Shown in pieces: positions 38,586 through 47,914 of a stretch of 64,000 nt of DNA. Location: the NCBI GenBank assembly GCA_039589875.1, contig JBDHGL010000013.1:1032-65031 (forward strand), in the 5' to 3' direction. The DNA comes from Gemmatimonadota bacterium (GTDB taxonomy: Bacteria; Gemmatimonadota; Gemmatimonadetes; Palauibacterales; Palauibacteraceae). The notes below the pieces were generated by a model. That model made no database searches and was not told where the DNA came from. It worked only from the letters and a program-made list of their open reading frames with translations. Position 1 is the stretch's first letter. Every line of letters begins with the position of its first letter. The position numbers and the translations under genes were made by a program.

Positions 38586-40415
38586 ATGATGCCCAGCCCC
38601 ATAACCGATAGACCGCACGCCGCCAAGCCGGCTGCCAACAGAACGCCTCACGGAGCCGCCCTGCTGAGCGGCCTAGCGCCCTTGATCCTCATGACCGTGT
38701 CCGGAGTCCCGGCAGCCCAGGCACAGACGGCCGCCGTTCCGGACGCCGATACGGCGCGCGCGGTGCACCTGCTCTCTCGGGCCACGTACGGAGTCAGGCC
38801 GGAAGATCTGGCCGGGCTGCTCGACAGCGGCATCGACGCCTGGCTCGACCGACAGCTCACCCCGAGCCGAATCGACAACTCCGCCCTGGAAGCCCGGCTG
38901 GAAACGTATCCAGCGGCCGAGATGACCATCGCCGAGCTGTACGAGGCCTACCCACCTCCCCAGGTCGTGCGGGAGCGGCTCGGGAATCCCGATTCGGTCT
39001 CGCAGGAGGAGATGCGGCGCATGCGCCGGGAGCTACGCATTCAAAGCCCCAATCGGATCCTCTTCGACCTCGGTGGAGCCAAGCTGCAACGGGCCGTCTA
39101 CGCGAAGCGCCAGCTCGAGGAGGTGATGACGGACTTCTGGTTCAACCACTTCAACGTCTTCTTCGCGAAGGGCCCCGACCGCTGGCTCGTCGGCGACTAC
39201 GAGCGCGAGGCGATCCGGCCGTACGTCTTCGGTGAGTTCGAGGACATGCTCGTGGCCACCGCCTCGCATCCGGCGATGCTGGTCTACCTGGATAATTGGC
39301 AGAGCCAGGTTCCGGACTCGCTGAACCCTCGTGCGGGGCAGCAGGCGCGAAACCGCGAGCGTTTCCGGAATATGTCGCCGCGCCAGCGTCAGGTCGTCCT
39401 TCGCATGCGGGGAGTTTCAGACGAACAGATCGCCCGGATCGAAGGGGCGGTGAAGCGGCAAGCCGGACGCGAGCCGGGACTGAACGAGAACTACGCACGC
39501 GAGCTCCTGGAGCTGCATACGCTGGGCGTGGACGGTGGGTACTCGCAGGAGGACGTCGTAGCGGTCGCCCGGGCGTTTACCGGCTGGACGATCCAGCTGC
39601 CTGGACGTGGAGGAGGTGGCCGTCGCTCGGGGACGAAGATGCCTGACGGGAGCTCCTCCGCCGGACAGTTCGTGTTTCGCGAGGAATGGCACGACCCGGG
39701 CGAGAAGGTCGTGCTCGACCGCACGCTACCGTCCGGCCGCGGCATGGAGGACGGGCTCGACGTGCTTCGCATGCTCGCCGTCCACCCATCGACGGCGGAG
39801 CACATCGCCCGGAAGCTGAGCGAGGCGTTCGTGTCGGACGAGCCGTCGCCTCGGATGGTCGAAGAGCTGACCGCCGTCTTTCTCGAGACGCGGGGAGATC
39901 TCCGGGAGGTCACCAAGGCGCTGTTCACGTCGCCTTACTTCTACGACCCGGCCAACTTCGGCACCAAGCTGAAGTCGCCGTTCGAGCTCGTGGCCAGCGC
40001 GCTCAGGGTGACGGGCGCCGAGTTCGGCGCGTCGCGAGGGCTCGGCGAGCAGCTCAGGGCGCTCGACCAGATTCCCTATATGTCCTCGCCGCCGACCGGC
40101 TACCCGGCGGTTTCCGAGGAATGGGCCAGCGGTGGGGCGCTGCTTCAGCGGATGAATCTCGGCCTCGCGCTCGCTACCGGGAACATCCGGAACGTCCAGA
40201 TCCCGCGGGACCTTTCGCGGCAGCCGTTGGACCAGATGCTGTCGGACATCCTGCCGGGGATGGACACCTCCGGCTTGAGCGCGACCATCGCCGCCGAAAT
40301 GCAGAGCGGTTTCGCCGGACTGGATGGCACGCAGGCGGAGCTGCGTCGACAATCCGGGCCGAGCGATCTGGCGCTCGGCCTCGCGCTCGGGTCGCCCGAG
40401 TTCCAGCGGCACTGA
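38586..40415 (+). CDS. DUF1800 domain protein
   Basis: Signal peptide, then DUF1800 signature (FWFNHFNVF…). Confidence 0.8.
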   Translation: MMPSPITDRPHAAKPAANRTPHGAALLSGLAPLILMTVSGVPAAQAQTAAVPDADTARAVHLLSRATYGVRPEDLAGLLDSGIDAWLDRQLTPSRIDNSALEARLETYPAAEMTIAELYEAYPPPQVVRERLGNPDSVSQEEMRRMRRELRIQSPNRILFDLGGAKLQRAVYAKRQLEEVMTDFWFNHFNVFFAKGPDRWLVGDYEREAIRPYVFGEFEDMLVATASHPAMLVYLDNWQSQVPDSLNPRAGQQARNRERFRNMSPRQRQVVLRMRGVSDEQIARIEGAVKRQAGREPGLNENYARELLELHTLGVDGGYSQEDVVAVARAFTGWTIQLPGRGGGGRRSGTKMPDGSSSAGQFVFREEWHDPGEKVVLDRTLPSGRGMEDGLDVLRMLAVHPSTAEHIARKLSEAFVSDEPSPRMVEELTAVFLETRGDLREVTKALFTSPYFYDPANFGTKLKSPFELVASALRVTGAEFGASRGLGEQLRALDQIPYMSSPPTGYPAVSEEWASGGALLQRMNLGLALATGNIRNVQIPRDLSRQPLDQMLSDILPGMDTSGLSATIAAEMQSGFAGLDGTQAELRRQSGPSDLALGLALGSPEFQRH

Positions 40416-40449
40416 CTCCGGTCCCCGGTTGGAGTAGCTGGAGAGAATC

Positions 40450-41799
40450 ATGACACCGATCAATCGACGGATATTTATAAAGCAGGGCGCGGTCGGCCTG
40501 GTCGCCATCGGGCTACCGCCCCAGTTCCTGGCACGGACGCTGCTTGCCGAGACGAGCTCGGCGGGAGATCAGAAGACGGTCGTCTTCATATTTCAGCGAG
40601 GCGCCGTGGACGGGTTGAACATGATCGTCCCGTTCGGAGAGAAGGCCTACTACCGTGCGCGTCGTTCCATCGCGGTCCCCCAGCCTTCCCGCGGGAGCGA
40701 CGCCACGGCAGTGGACCTGGATGGCTTCTTCGGGCTCCACCCTTCCCTGCGGCCCCTGTACGACCTGTATCGTGACGGCGCTCTGGCGATCGTGCACGGC
40801 TCTGGATCTCCGCACCCGACGCGATCGCACTTCGACGCGCAGGACTTCATGGAGACCGCCACCCCGGGGATCAAGTCCACCGGGGATGGTTGGATGAACA
40901 GGCTGCTGGCGGAGAACGGTTGCGCCTGCACCGGACGGACGCTCGCGGATGGGCCCGCCCATAGCGTGGATCATGCGAGCGGCCAGCTCGGGATGGCCGA
41001 GTCCTCGCCGCTTCGCGGCGTCGCCATGGGAGCCGAGATGCCGCGGGCGCTTCGCGGTTCCCATCCGACGGTGGCGATCGCCGACCTGGCGCGCTTCGGC
41101 ATCGCCGGCGGCCAGAGCCCGGAGTTGGAATCGGTGTTCGAGCGGATGTACCGCAGCGAGGAGAACGATCTGATCGCCGGGGCGGCGGGCGATTCGTTCG
41201 AGGCCATCGAGCTGATCCGCCGGACCGATCCCCTTCAGTACCGGTCCCGGGCGGGCGCGGAGTATCCAAACGGCGAGTTCGGCCGCTCCTTGCGGCAGAT
41301 CGCCCAGCTCATCAAGGCAGGCGTCGGGCTGGAGATCGCCTTCACGGACATCGGCGGCTGGGATACCCACCTGGCGCAGGGTGGCGCTCAGGGACAGCTG
41401 GCCAACCGGCTGAGCGAGCTGGCAAGGGGGATTCGGGCGCTATACGACGACCTGGGCGACAGGATGGAAGATGTCGTCGTCGTCACGATGTCGGAATTCG
41501 GCCGGACGGTGGCCGAGAACGGCTCCGGCGGGACAGACCACGGCCACGGCAACTGCATGCTTGTCCTCGGTGGCTCGACAGCCGGTGGGCGCGTGCTCGG
41601 GAGATGGCCCGGCCTCGAGCCGGAGCAGCTCTATGAGGGGCGTGATCTGGCGATCACGACCGACTTCCGGGACGTCTTCGCCGAGGTGGCGAGCGGCCAT
41701 CTCGGCGCGGAGCATCTCGAGCGGGTCTTCCCAGGCTATCGGGTAGACCGGTCGAGGTTCGCCGGGGTCCTGGGCTCAGAAGCGAATCGAACCCGATAG
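40450..41799 (+). CDS. DUF1501 domain protein (sulfatase/alkaline-phosphatase-like) with Tat signal
   Basis: Twin-arginine motif NRRIFIK. DUF1501 body. Canonical DUF1800/DUF1501 gene pair. Confidence 0.85.
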   Translation: MTPINRRIFIKQGAVGLVAIGLPPQFLARTLLAETSSAGDQKTVVFIFQRGAVDGLNMIVPFGEKAYYRARRSIAVPQPSRGSDATAVDLDGFFGLHPSLRPLYDLYRDGALAIVHGSGSPHPTRSHFDAQDFMETATPGIKSTGDGWMNRLLAENGCACTGRTLADGPAHSVDHASGQLGMAESSPLRGVAMGAEMPRALRGSHPTVAIADLARFGIAGGQSPELESVFERMYRSEENDLIAGAAGDSFEAIELIRRTDPLQYRSRAGAEYPNGEFGRSLRQIAQLIKAGVGLEIAFTDIGGWDTHLAQGGAQGQLANRLSELARGIRALYDDLGDRMEDVVVVTMSEFGRTVAENGSGGTDHGHGNCMLVLGGSTAGGRVLGRWPGLEPEQLYEGRDLAITTDFRDVFAEVASGHLGAEHLERVFPGYRVDRSRFAGVLGSEANRTR

Positions 41800-42558
41800 A
41801 TAAGGTACGGCGCGGCCCGAGATCTCCACCCGCCCGTCTCTGAGCTCACACCACAGCTCTCCGCCCCGCCGGGAGATCTGTCGCGCATGCAGGCTCGTCT
41901 TGCCGAGCCGTTCCGCCCAGTAGGGGGTGAGCGTGCAGTGGGCGGAGCCGGTCACCGGATCCTCGGGAATGCCGAGATCGGGGGCGAAGAAGCGCGAGAC
42001 GAAGTCGCAGCTTTCGCCGGGTGCCGTGACGATCACGCCGCGCGCCTTCAGCCCGCGGAGACCCTCGAAGTCGGGGCGGAGGTCACGTACCTCAGTCTCC
42101 TCCGAATATCGCACCAGGTAGTCCGCGGCTAAAAGGACCTCGCTCGGCGATCCGCCGAGCGCCTTCCGAAGCCCGTCCGGCTCGGGGCACGGCTCGGGTT
42201 GACGGGCCGGAAAGTCCATCCGGAGGAGCCCGTCGTCGGCACTCCGGACGGTCAGGCGCCCGCTCCGCGTTTCGAAGCTCACCTCCCGGCTCTCCACGGA
42301 GAAGTGCTCGAACAGCACGTAGGCGGAGGCGAGCGTGGCGTGGCCGCAGAGATCCACCTCGGCGACCGGCGTGAACCATCGTAGCCCGTACTCCGAGCCT
42401 GACCCAACGAGAAACGCCGTCTCGGAGAGGTTGTTCTCGGTCGCGATCGCCTGCATGACGGCCTCGTCGGGCCATCGTCGCAGCACGCACACGGCAGCCG
42501 GGTTACCGGCGAACAGACGATCTGCGAACGCATCCACCTGAAAAAGAGGTGCTTCCAT
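41776..42558 (-). CDS. PhzF family isomerase-like protein
   Basis: MEAPLFQVDAFADRLFAGNPAAV… is the typical PhzF N-terminus. The 3' end overlaps the DUF1501 gene by 24 nt. Confidence 0.85.
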   Translation of the reverse strand: MEAPLFQVDAFADRLFAGNPAAVCVLRRWPDEAVMQAIATENNLSETAFLVGSGSEYGLRWFTPVAEVDLCGHATLASAYVLFEHFSVESREVSFETRSGRLTVRSADDGLLRMDFPARQPEPCPEPDGLRKALGGSPSEVLLAADYLVRYSEETEVRDLRPDFEGLRGLKARGVIVTAPGESCDFVSRFFAPDLGIPEDPVTGSAHCTLTPYWAERLGKTSLHARQISRRGGELWCELRDGRVEISGRAVPYLSGSIRF

Positions 42559-42683
42559 TTCGGCTCTCCTTGCTCCCACCCTGCTCCCCGTCCCGACTCA
42601 CGCCAAACGCCTACGGCGCGTCTTGCTCCGCCGTCCGGGCGCTCTCTATCGTTCGCCTCGTGACCTCGCCCCCGCTAGACCCG

Positions 42684-43133
42684 ATGATCCCCTCGGTACG
42701 CCGCACGTTCTGGTCGCTCGCCGTGACGGTCGTCCCGGACGCCGTCACCCTGGACGCAGACGGCTGGCAGGATGTCGAGGAGCGAATCGAGGCCGCACTT
42801 TCCTCCCGTCCCGCCAGGCTTCGGCGCCAGCTCCGCCTGCTGCTGACGTTTCTGGAATGGAGGCCGATTCTCCGGCATGGACGACGGTTCAGCCACCTCG
42901 ACGCCGAGCGCCGGACCGAGTTCCTGGATCGGGTACAACACTCGTCGGCACTCCTTCTCAGGCGGGGGTTCTGGGGAGCTCGGACCCTCGTATATCTCGG
43001 CTACTACGGACGCCCCGACGTGCGACGATCCATCGGATATCGAGCCGATCCACGCGGCTGGACTGCACCGGGCCACGGCACAGCCGGTGGAGTGACCGAC
43101 TCGGCGACCGGCGGTGGTGAGGTCCAGCGGTGA
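42684..43133 (+). CDS. Putative small subunit of a two-component GMC flavoprotein dehydrogenase (gluconate 2-dehydrogenase subunit 3-like)
   Basis: About 150 aa. The start is uncertain (ATG 42684, RRTFW…). Its position, overlapping the GMC gene start, is typical for this small subunit. Sequence similarity to the family is weak and judged from memory. Confidence 0.45.
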   Translation: MIPSVRRTFWSLAVTVVPDAVTLDADGWQDVEERIEAALSSRPARLRRQLRLLLTFLEWRPILRHGRRFSHLDAERRTEFLDRVQHSSALLLRRGFWGARTLVYLGYYGRPDVRRSIGYRADPRGWTAPGHGTAGGVTDSATGGGEVQR

Positions 43134-44641
43134 TCCAGCGGGAGTACGACGTCGTGATCGTCGGGTCGGGAGCGGGAGGAGGAACGGTCGCGCTCGGTCT
43201 CGCTCCCCTAGTGGAGCAGGGCCGCCGTGTGCTCGTTCTAGAGCAGGGCCCACGCCTCGGAGGCGGGGAGTTCACCGGTGAAGAGGTCGAGATGGCCGAG
43301 GCCCTGTACGCGGATTCGGGCGGCTTTCTGACATCCGATGGGACCATGACGCTCGCCTTCGGTCGAGTGTACGGCGGGTCGACGGCCGTGTACACCGGCA
43401 CATCGCTGATCGCCGGGGCCCGGGTGATCGACGACTGGGACGTGCCGGAGCTGGCTCACGCGGATCTCGTGGAGCGATCTCGGCGGTTCGCCGACCAGAA
43501 CAACGTCCATCTGCTCGAGCCTCATGAGATCAACGAGAACAACACGCTCTTTGTGAAAGGGTGCGAGCGCGCCGGGTTCGAGGCGCACCAGTTTCCGGTC
43601 AACGTGAAGGGATGCCTCGGGTCGAGCCTCTGCAACCTGGGATGCCCGAACGGAGCGAAGCAGGGGACGGACCGGGTGCAGCTTCCGGCAGCGGAAGCGC
43701 GCGGCGTCGAAGTCGTGACGCGAGCCGAAGTCGACCGAGTGGAGGATGGTTCGGTGATCGCTCGCGTTTCCGGGATCTCCTTGGGCGGAAAGGGAGCCGC
43801 CTCCGAGTGGGAGCCGGGCGAGTACCGGGTTCGAGCCTCCATCATCGTCGTGGCCGGCGGCGCGATCGGCTCGCCCGCCCTGCTGCTGCGATCAGGCTTC
43901 GAAAGGCAGCTTCCGCGCCTCGGGGAGGGGTTCACCTGTCATCCGGCGTTCATTCTCGTCGCGGAGCACTCGAAGGAGATCACCAACGATGTCGGCCATC
44001 CGAAGAGCTATTACGTGGACCGTGCGAACGAGGAAGGCTACGTGCTAGAGACGTGCATGTACTTCCCGTTCGTCACGGCGAAGAACCTGCGGGGGTTCGG
44101 CGAGTCGCCGCAGCGCTTTCTGGCCGCGTTTCCTCGTCTTCAGATGATCCTGGTTCTGGCCTGCGACCGCGCGACTCCCGGAAACCGAATCGCGGTCGAC
44201 TCCGACGGGAATCCGATCGTGCACTACCGGTTCACGGACGAGGTGGTGCGCGCGCTCGCGCGAGGGACTCGCGCTTCGACCCGGATTTTCTTCGGGGCCG
44301 GCGCGGAGCGCGTGCACGCCCCTCTCGCCCGGCCGGCGGAGATCGAGGCCGAGGAGGCCGACCGGATCGACCAGAGGATCCGCGCCGCGCACTTCTTGCC
44401 GGGTACGGTGGCCGTCTCGGCTGCTCACCTCATGGGCGGCTGCGCCATGGGTAAATCTGCTGCGGACTCCGTGACGGACGGCTGGGGTCGCGTTCACGGT
44501 CGACCCGGACTGCGAGTCGCGGACTCCAGCCTCTTCCCGGACTCGCTGCAGATCAACCCGTATCTGACCATCATGGCCCTCGCCGACCGAACGGCGGAAG
44601 CGATCCGGCGCGATGCCGGAGAGCTGCTCGGTTCACCATGA
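43130..44641 (+). CDS. GMC family FAD-dependent oxidoreductase
   Basis: N-terminal FAD fold (YDVVIVGSGAGGGTVA). GMC C-terminal region (…AAHLMGGCAMG…RVADSSLFP…NP). Confidence 0.9.
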   Translation: MIQREYDVVIVGSGAGGGTVALGLAPLVEQGRRVLVLEQGPRLGGGEFTGEEVEMAEALYADSGGFLTSDGTMTLAFGRVYGGSTAVYTGTSLIAGARVIDDWDVPELAHADLVERSRRFADQNNVHLLEPHEINENNTLFVKGCERAGFEAHQFPVNVKGCLGSSLCNLGCPNGAKQGTDRVQLPAAEARGVEVVTRAEVDRVEDGSVIARVSGISLGGKGAASEWEPGEYRVRASIIVVAGGAIGSPALLLRSGFERQLPRLGEGFTCHPAFILVAEHSKEITNDVGHPKSYYVDRANEEGYVLETCMYFPFVTAKNLRGFGESPQRFLAAFPRLQMILVLACDRATPGNRIAVDSDGNPIVHYRFTDEVVRALARGTRASTRIFFGAGAERVHAPLARPAEIEAEEADRIDQRIRAAHFLPGTVAVSAAHLMGGCAMGKSAADSVTDGWGRVHGRPGLRVADSSLFPDSLQINPYLTIMALADRTAEAIRRDAGELLGSP

Positions 44642-46377
44642 AGCTTCCTGCCGCGAAGGCGGTCGTCGCGGCCCTGGAGGCCGAGAACATCACCCACACC
44701 TTCGGCATTCCCGGTACGCACAACATAGAGCTCTACGATGCTCTCGCCGGCTCGCGAAGCGTGCATCCCGTACTCGTGACGGACGAACAATCCGCTTCCT
44801 TCATCGCGGACGGATATTGGCGGGCATCGGGCCGTCTGGCGTGCGTCAACGTGGTTCCCGGCGCGGGCCTGACGCACGCACTCTCCGGCATAGCCGAGGC
44901 CTACCTCGACAACGTTCCGATGCTCGTGCTCGCCTGCGGAATCCGTCAGCGAACGGACAAGGCCTATCAGCTGCACGAGGTGGACCAGCTGGCGATCGCG
45001 GCGCCGGTGGTGAAGGACGTGCTCCGGGCCAGCCGCAGGTCCGAGGTCTACGCCACCGTGCGGCACGCATGCGCAACGGCTCGCGCGGGCGTTCCGGGCC
45101 CGGTGGTGGTCGAGATCCCCGCAGACCACTATCTGGCACAAGATGCCGTGGAGCAGGAGCCCGCCTCTGCAATGGCCGGCCAGCCCGAGCCGCTGGATCG
45201 AGACCTGGTTCTGCGCGCCCTGGAAACCCTCGAGGCGGCAAGATGCCCGCTCCTCTACGTGGGCTACGGAGCGGCCGGCGCGGCGGATCGTCTGGTCGAG
45301 CTGGCCGAGCGGCTGGAGTCACCAGTATCCACCACGATCCAGGGCAAAGGAGTTTTCCCCGAGTCGCACCCGCTGTACCTGTGGCCCGGCTTCGGGGAAG
45401 CCGCTCCCTCGTTTGCCCGGCGGGTCGCTGGGAGCTGCGATGCCACGCTCGCAATCGGCTGCCGGTTCAGTGAAGTCGGTACCGGGAGCTACGGCCTCGA
45501 GCCGCCCGGCCCCCTCGTTCACGTAGACATCGATCCCGAGGTTCCCGGCCGGAACTACGAAGCGGCGGTACCGCTCATCGGGGAAGCGGGCGCGGTGATC
45601 GATGCCCTGCTCGCCGAGCTGCGGTCCAGGAAGCCCGATGAAGGTCTGCGCCGCCGGATCGCAGAGGGCCACGCCGCCCTGGCGCCAAGCGCGAAGGGGG
45701 GCACGCGCTCCGGCGTCTCTCCCGCGCGGCTCTTCCGGGAGCTTCAGGCACGATACCCGGAGGAGACCATCTACGTGACCGACAGCGGGAACGGGACCTT
45801 TCTGGCGATGGAGCATCTGCGTCTCGCGGCCCCCGGCCGGTTCCTGGCTCCGGTCGATTACTCCTGCATGGGCTATTCGGTGCCGGCGGGAATCGGGGCA
45901 TCGCTCGCTTGCCCGGACGTTCCCGTGGTGGCGCTGCCGGGGGACGGCGCCTTCCTGATGACCGGCCTGGAGCTTCTCACGGCTGCCCGAGAGGGTGCGG
46001 CAACCGCCGTTTTCGTGCTTCGCGACCGGGAGCTCGCCCAGATCGCACAGTTTCAGGATACGGCGCTCAGCCGGCGAACCAGCAGCGAGCTTCCGGACTA
46101 CGACTTGGGAGCCCTGGCGACGGCTGTCGGAGTGGAGTGCCGGAGCCTTCTTTCGGACGGCGATGTGGAGGAGACGGTCGCATGGTCGGCCGAGGTTATC
46201 GGCGAGGGGCGGCCGGCGCTGGTCGATCTCGCGATCGACTACTCGGAGAAGACCCACTTCACGAAGGGGGTCGTGAAGACCGCGTTCGGACGGCTCTCCT
46301 GGGGCGACCGTCTGCGCTTCGTGGGACGGGCGCTCGGGCGCAAGCTCCCGGGTTCGATGGCGCCTTCCCACCGTTGA
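44638..46377 (+). CDS. Thiamine-diphosphate-dependent enzyme (acetolactate synthase / benzoylformate decarboxylase-like family)
   Basis: TPP N-terminal PYR domain. Central domain. C-terminal PP domain with GDG(A/S)F…N motif (LPGDGAFLMT). Its ATG overlaps the GMC gene's stop. Confidence 0.85.
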   Translation: MKLPAAKAVVAALEAENITHTFGIPGTHNIELYDALAGSRSVHPVLVTDEQSASFIADGYWRASGRLACVNVVPGAGLTHALSGIAEAYLDNVPMLVLACGIRQRTDKAYQLHEVDQLAIAAPVVKDVLRASRRSEVYATVRHACATARAGVPGPVVVEIPADHYLAQDAVEQEPASAMAGQPEPLDRDLVLRALETLEAARCPLLYVGYGAAGAADRLVELAERLESPVSTTIQGKGVFPESHPLYLWPGFGEAAPSFARRVAGSCDATLAIGCRFSEVGTGSYGLEPPGPLVHVDIDPEVPGRNYEAAVPLIGEAGAVIDALLAELRSRKPDEGLRRRIAEGHAALAPSAKGGTRSGVSPARLFRELQARYPEETIYVTDSGNGTFLAMEHLRLAAPGRFLAPVDYSCMGYSVPAGIGASLACPDVPVVALPGDGAFLMTGLELLTAAREGAATAVFVLRDRELAQIAQFQDTALSRRTSSELPDYDLGALATAVGVECRSLLSDGDVEETVAWSAEVIGEGRPALVDLAIDYSEKTHFTKGVVKTAFGRLSWGDRLRFVGRALGRKLPGSMAPSHR

Positions 46378-47279
46378 GCTCCCTTCCGGTCGTGTTCGAT
46401 GAGTCCTACGAGATCGATATCGGCCCGCACGTCTTTCCGACCCTCAAATACCGCCTTGTCCGGGACAGACTGCTTCGAGACGAGGTCATCTCGAGGGACG
46501 ATCTGCGGCGCCCTCGGACCGCGACCGAGGAGCAGTTAGCGCTCGTACACACCCCGGAGTATCTGCAGAAGATCGAATCGGGCAGCTTCACGCTTGCCGA
46601 ACTGATACAGCTGGAGGTGCCGTTCTCGCCGGAGCTCGCAGCTGCTTCCAGGCTGTGCGCGGGCGGATCCATCCTGGCCGGAGAGCTCGCGCTCGAGGTT
46701 GGCATCGCGGCTCATCTCGGAGGCGGCTTTCATCACGCATTCCCCGATCACGGGGAGGGCTTCTGCCTCATCAACGACGTCGCGGTGGCGATTCGAGTGC
46801 TTCAAGAGCAAGGGAAGTTGGATCGAGCGGCGGTCGTCGACCTCGACGTCCACCACGGCAACGGCACGGCGACCATCTTCGCGGGAGACGACCGGACGGC
46901 GACGTTCTCCATGCACGAGAAGTCGAACTATCCGGCGGTCAAGCCGGCGAGCGACCTGGATCTGGATCTGGAAAGCGGCATCGAAGACGCCGAGTATCTC
47001 GAGCTCCTCTCCGAGCATCTGCCCGCCCTGCTCCGCGGTTGCCGTCCGGAGCTCGTCTTCTACCTGGCGGGCGCCGATCCCTACCGCGAGGATCAGCTCG
47101 GCGGACTCGGGCTGACGATCGACGGCCTGGCCGCGCGTGACGCCGCCGTGCTGCGATCGATTGAGGAGATCGACGCCTCGGCCGCGGTGGTGCTGGCCGG
47201 CGGATACGCACGTCGTACCGACGACACGGTGGCCATCCACTGCGCGACGGTAGGGGCCGCACACGCGCTGGCAAGCTGA
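46374..47279 (+). CDS. Histone deacetylase / acetoin utilization (AcuC) family amidohydrolase
   Basis: Candidate starts at TTG 46374 or GTG 46392. HDAC signatures (EGFCLINDVAVA, DLDVHHGNGT, GGYA). Confidence 0.8.
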   Translation: MSSLPVVFDESYEIDIGPHVFPTLKYRLVRDRLLRDEVISRDDLRRPRTATEEQLALVHTPEYLQKIESGSFTLAELIQLEVPFSPELAAASRLCAGGSILAGELALEVGIAAHLGGGFHHAFPDHGEGFCLINDVAVAIRVLQEQGKLDRAAVVDLDVHHGNGTATIFAGDDRTATFSMHEKSNYPAVKPASDLDLDLESGIEDAEYLELLSEHLPALLRGCRPELVFYLAGADPYREDQLGGLGLTIDGLAARDAAVLRSIEEIDASAAVVLAGGYARRTDDTVAIHCATVGAAHALAS

Positions 47280-47356
47280 GCGGCGCTCGCCTATAGTGCG
47301 AGGGCTCCGCCCGCCGTCGATTCGGAGTCCGGCCTTCCTGACAAGGAGATACGTCC

Positions 47357-47914
47357 ATGTGGATCGCGCTCTTGATCCTGATCGTCCTGATCGTGGCCTT
47401 CGTCGCGATCTACAACGGTCTCGTCAAGCTGAAGGTCCGGGTCGACAACTCCTGGGCTGATATCGATGTGCAGCTCAAGCGGCGCTACGACCTGATCCCG
47501 AACCTCGTCGAGACCGTGAAAGGGTACGCAAGCCACGAAAGGGACACTCTGGAAGCCGTGATCGAGGCTCGCAATCGAGCGATGAGCGCCCAGGGACCGG
47601 AGGCACAAGCAGAGGCCGAGAACGTGCTCACGGGTGCGCTCAGACAGCTCTTCGCCCTGTCGGAGGCGTACCCCCAGCTCCGTGCCGTGGAGAGCTTCAC
47701 GGATCTACAGGGCACCCTGAGCGAGATCGAGGACGCCGTCCAAAACGCCCGCCGTTACTACAACGCGGTCGTCCGAGACTACAACACGAAGATCCAGACC
47801 GTGCCGTCCAACCTCGTTGCCGGCATGTTCAGCTTCCCGCCACGCCAATTCTTTGGCCTCGAGGATGAAAGCGAACGCGAGGCTCCAAAGGTCGATTTCG
47901 GAGCCGCCGGCTAG
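47357..47914 (+). CDS. lemA: LemA family protein
   Basis: N-terminal TM helix, then the LemA core (YNGLVKLKVRVDNSWADIDVQLKRRYDLIPNLVETVKGYASHE). Confidence 0.9.
   Translation: MWIALLILIVLIVAFVAIYNGLVKLKVRVDNSWADIDVQLKRRYDLIPNLVETVKGYASHERDTLEAVIEARNRAMSAQGPEAQAEAENVLTGALRQLFALSEAYPQLRAVESFTDLQGTLSEIEDAVQNARRYYNAVVRDYNTKIQTVPSNLVAGMFSFPPRQFFGLEDESEREAPKVDFGAAG

Noticed and set aside
45319-46371. 350-aa minus-strand ORF overlapping the ThDP enzyme
   Set aside because: Antisense frame of a gene with clear ThDP-enzyme motifs on the plus strand.
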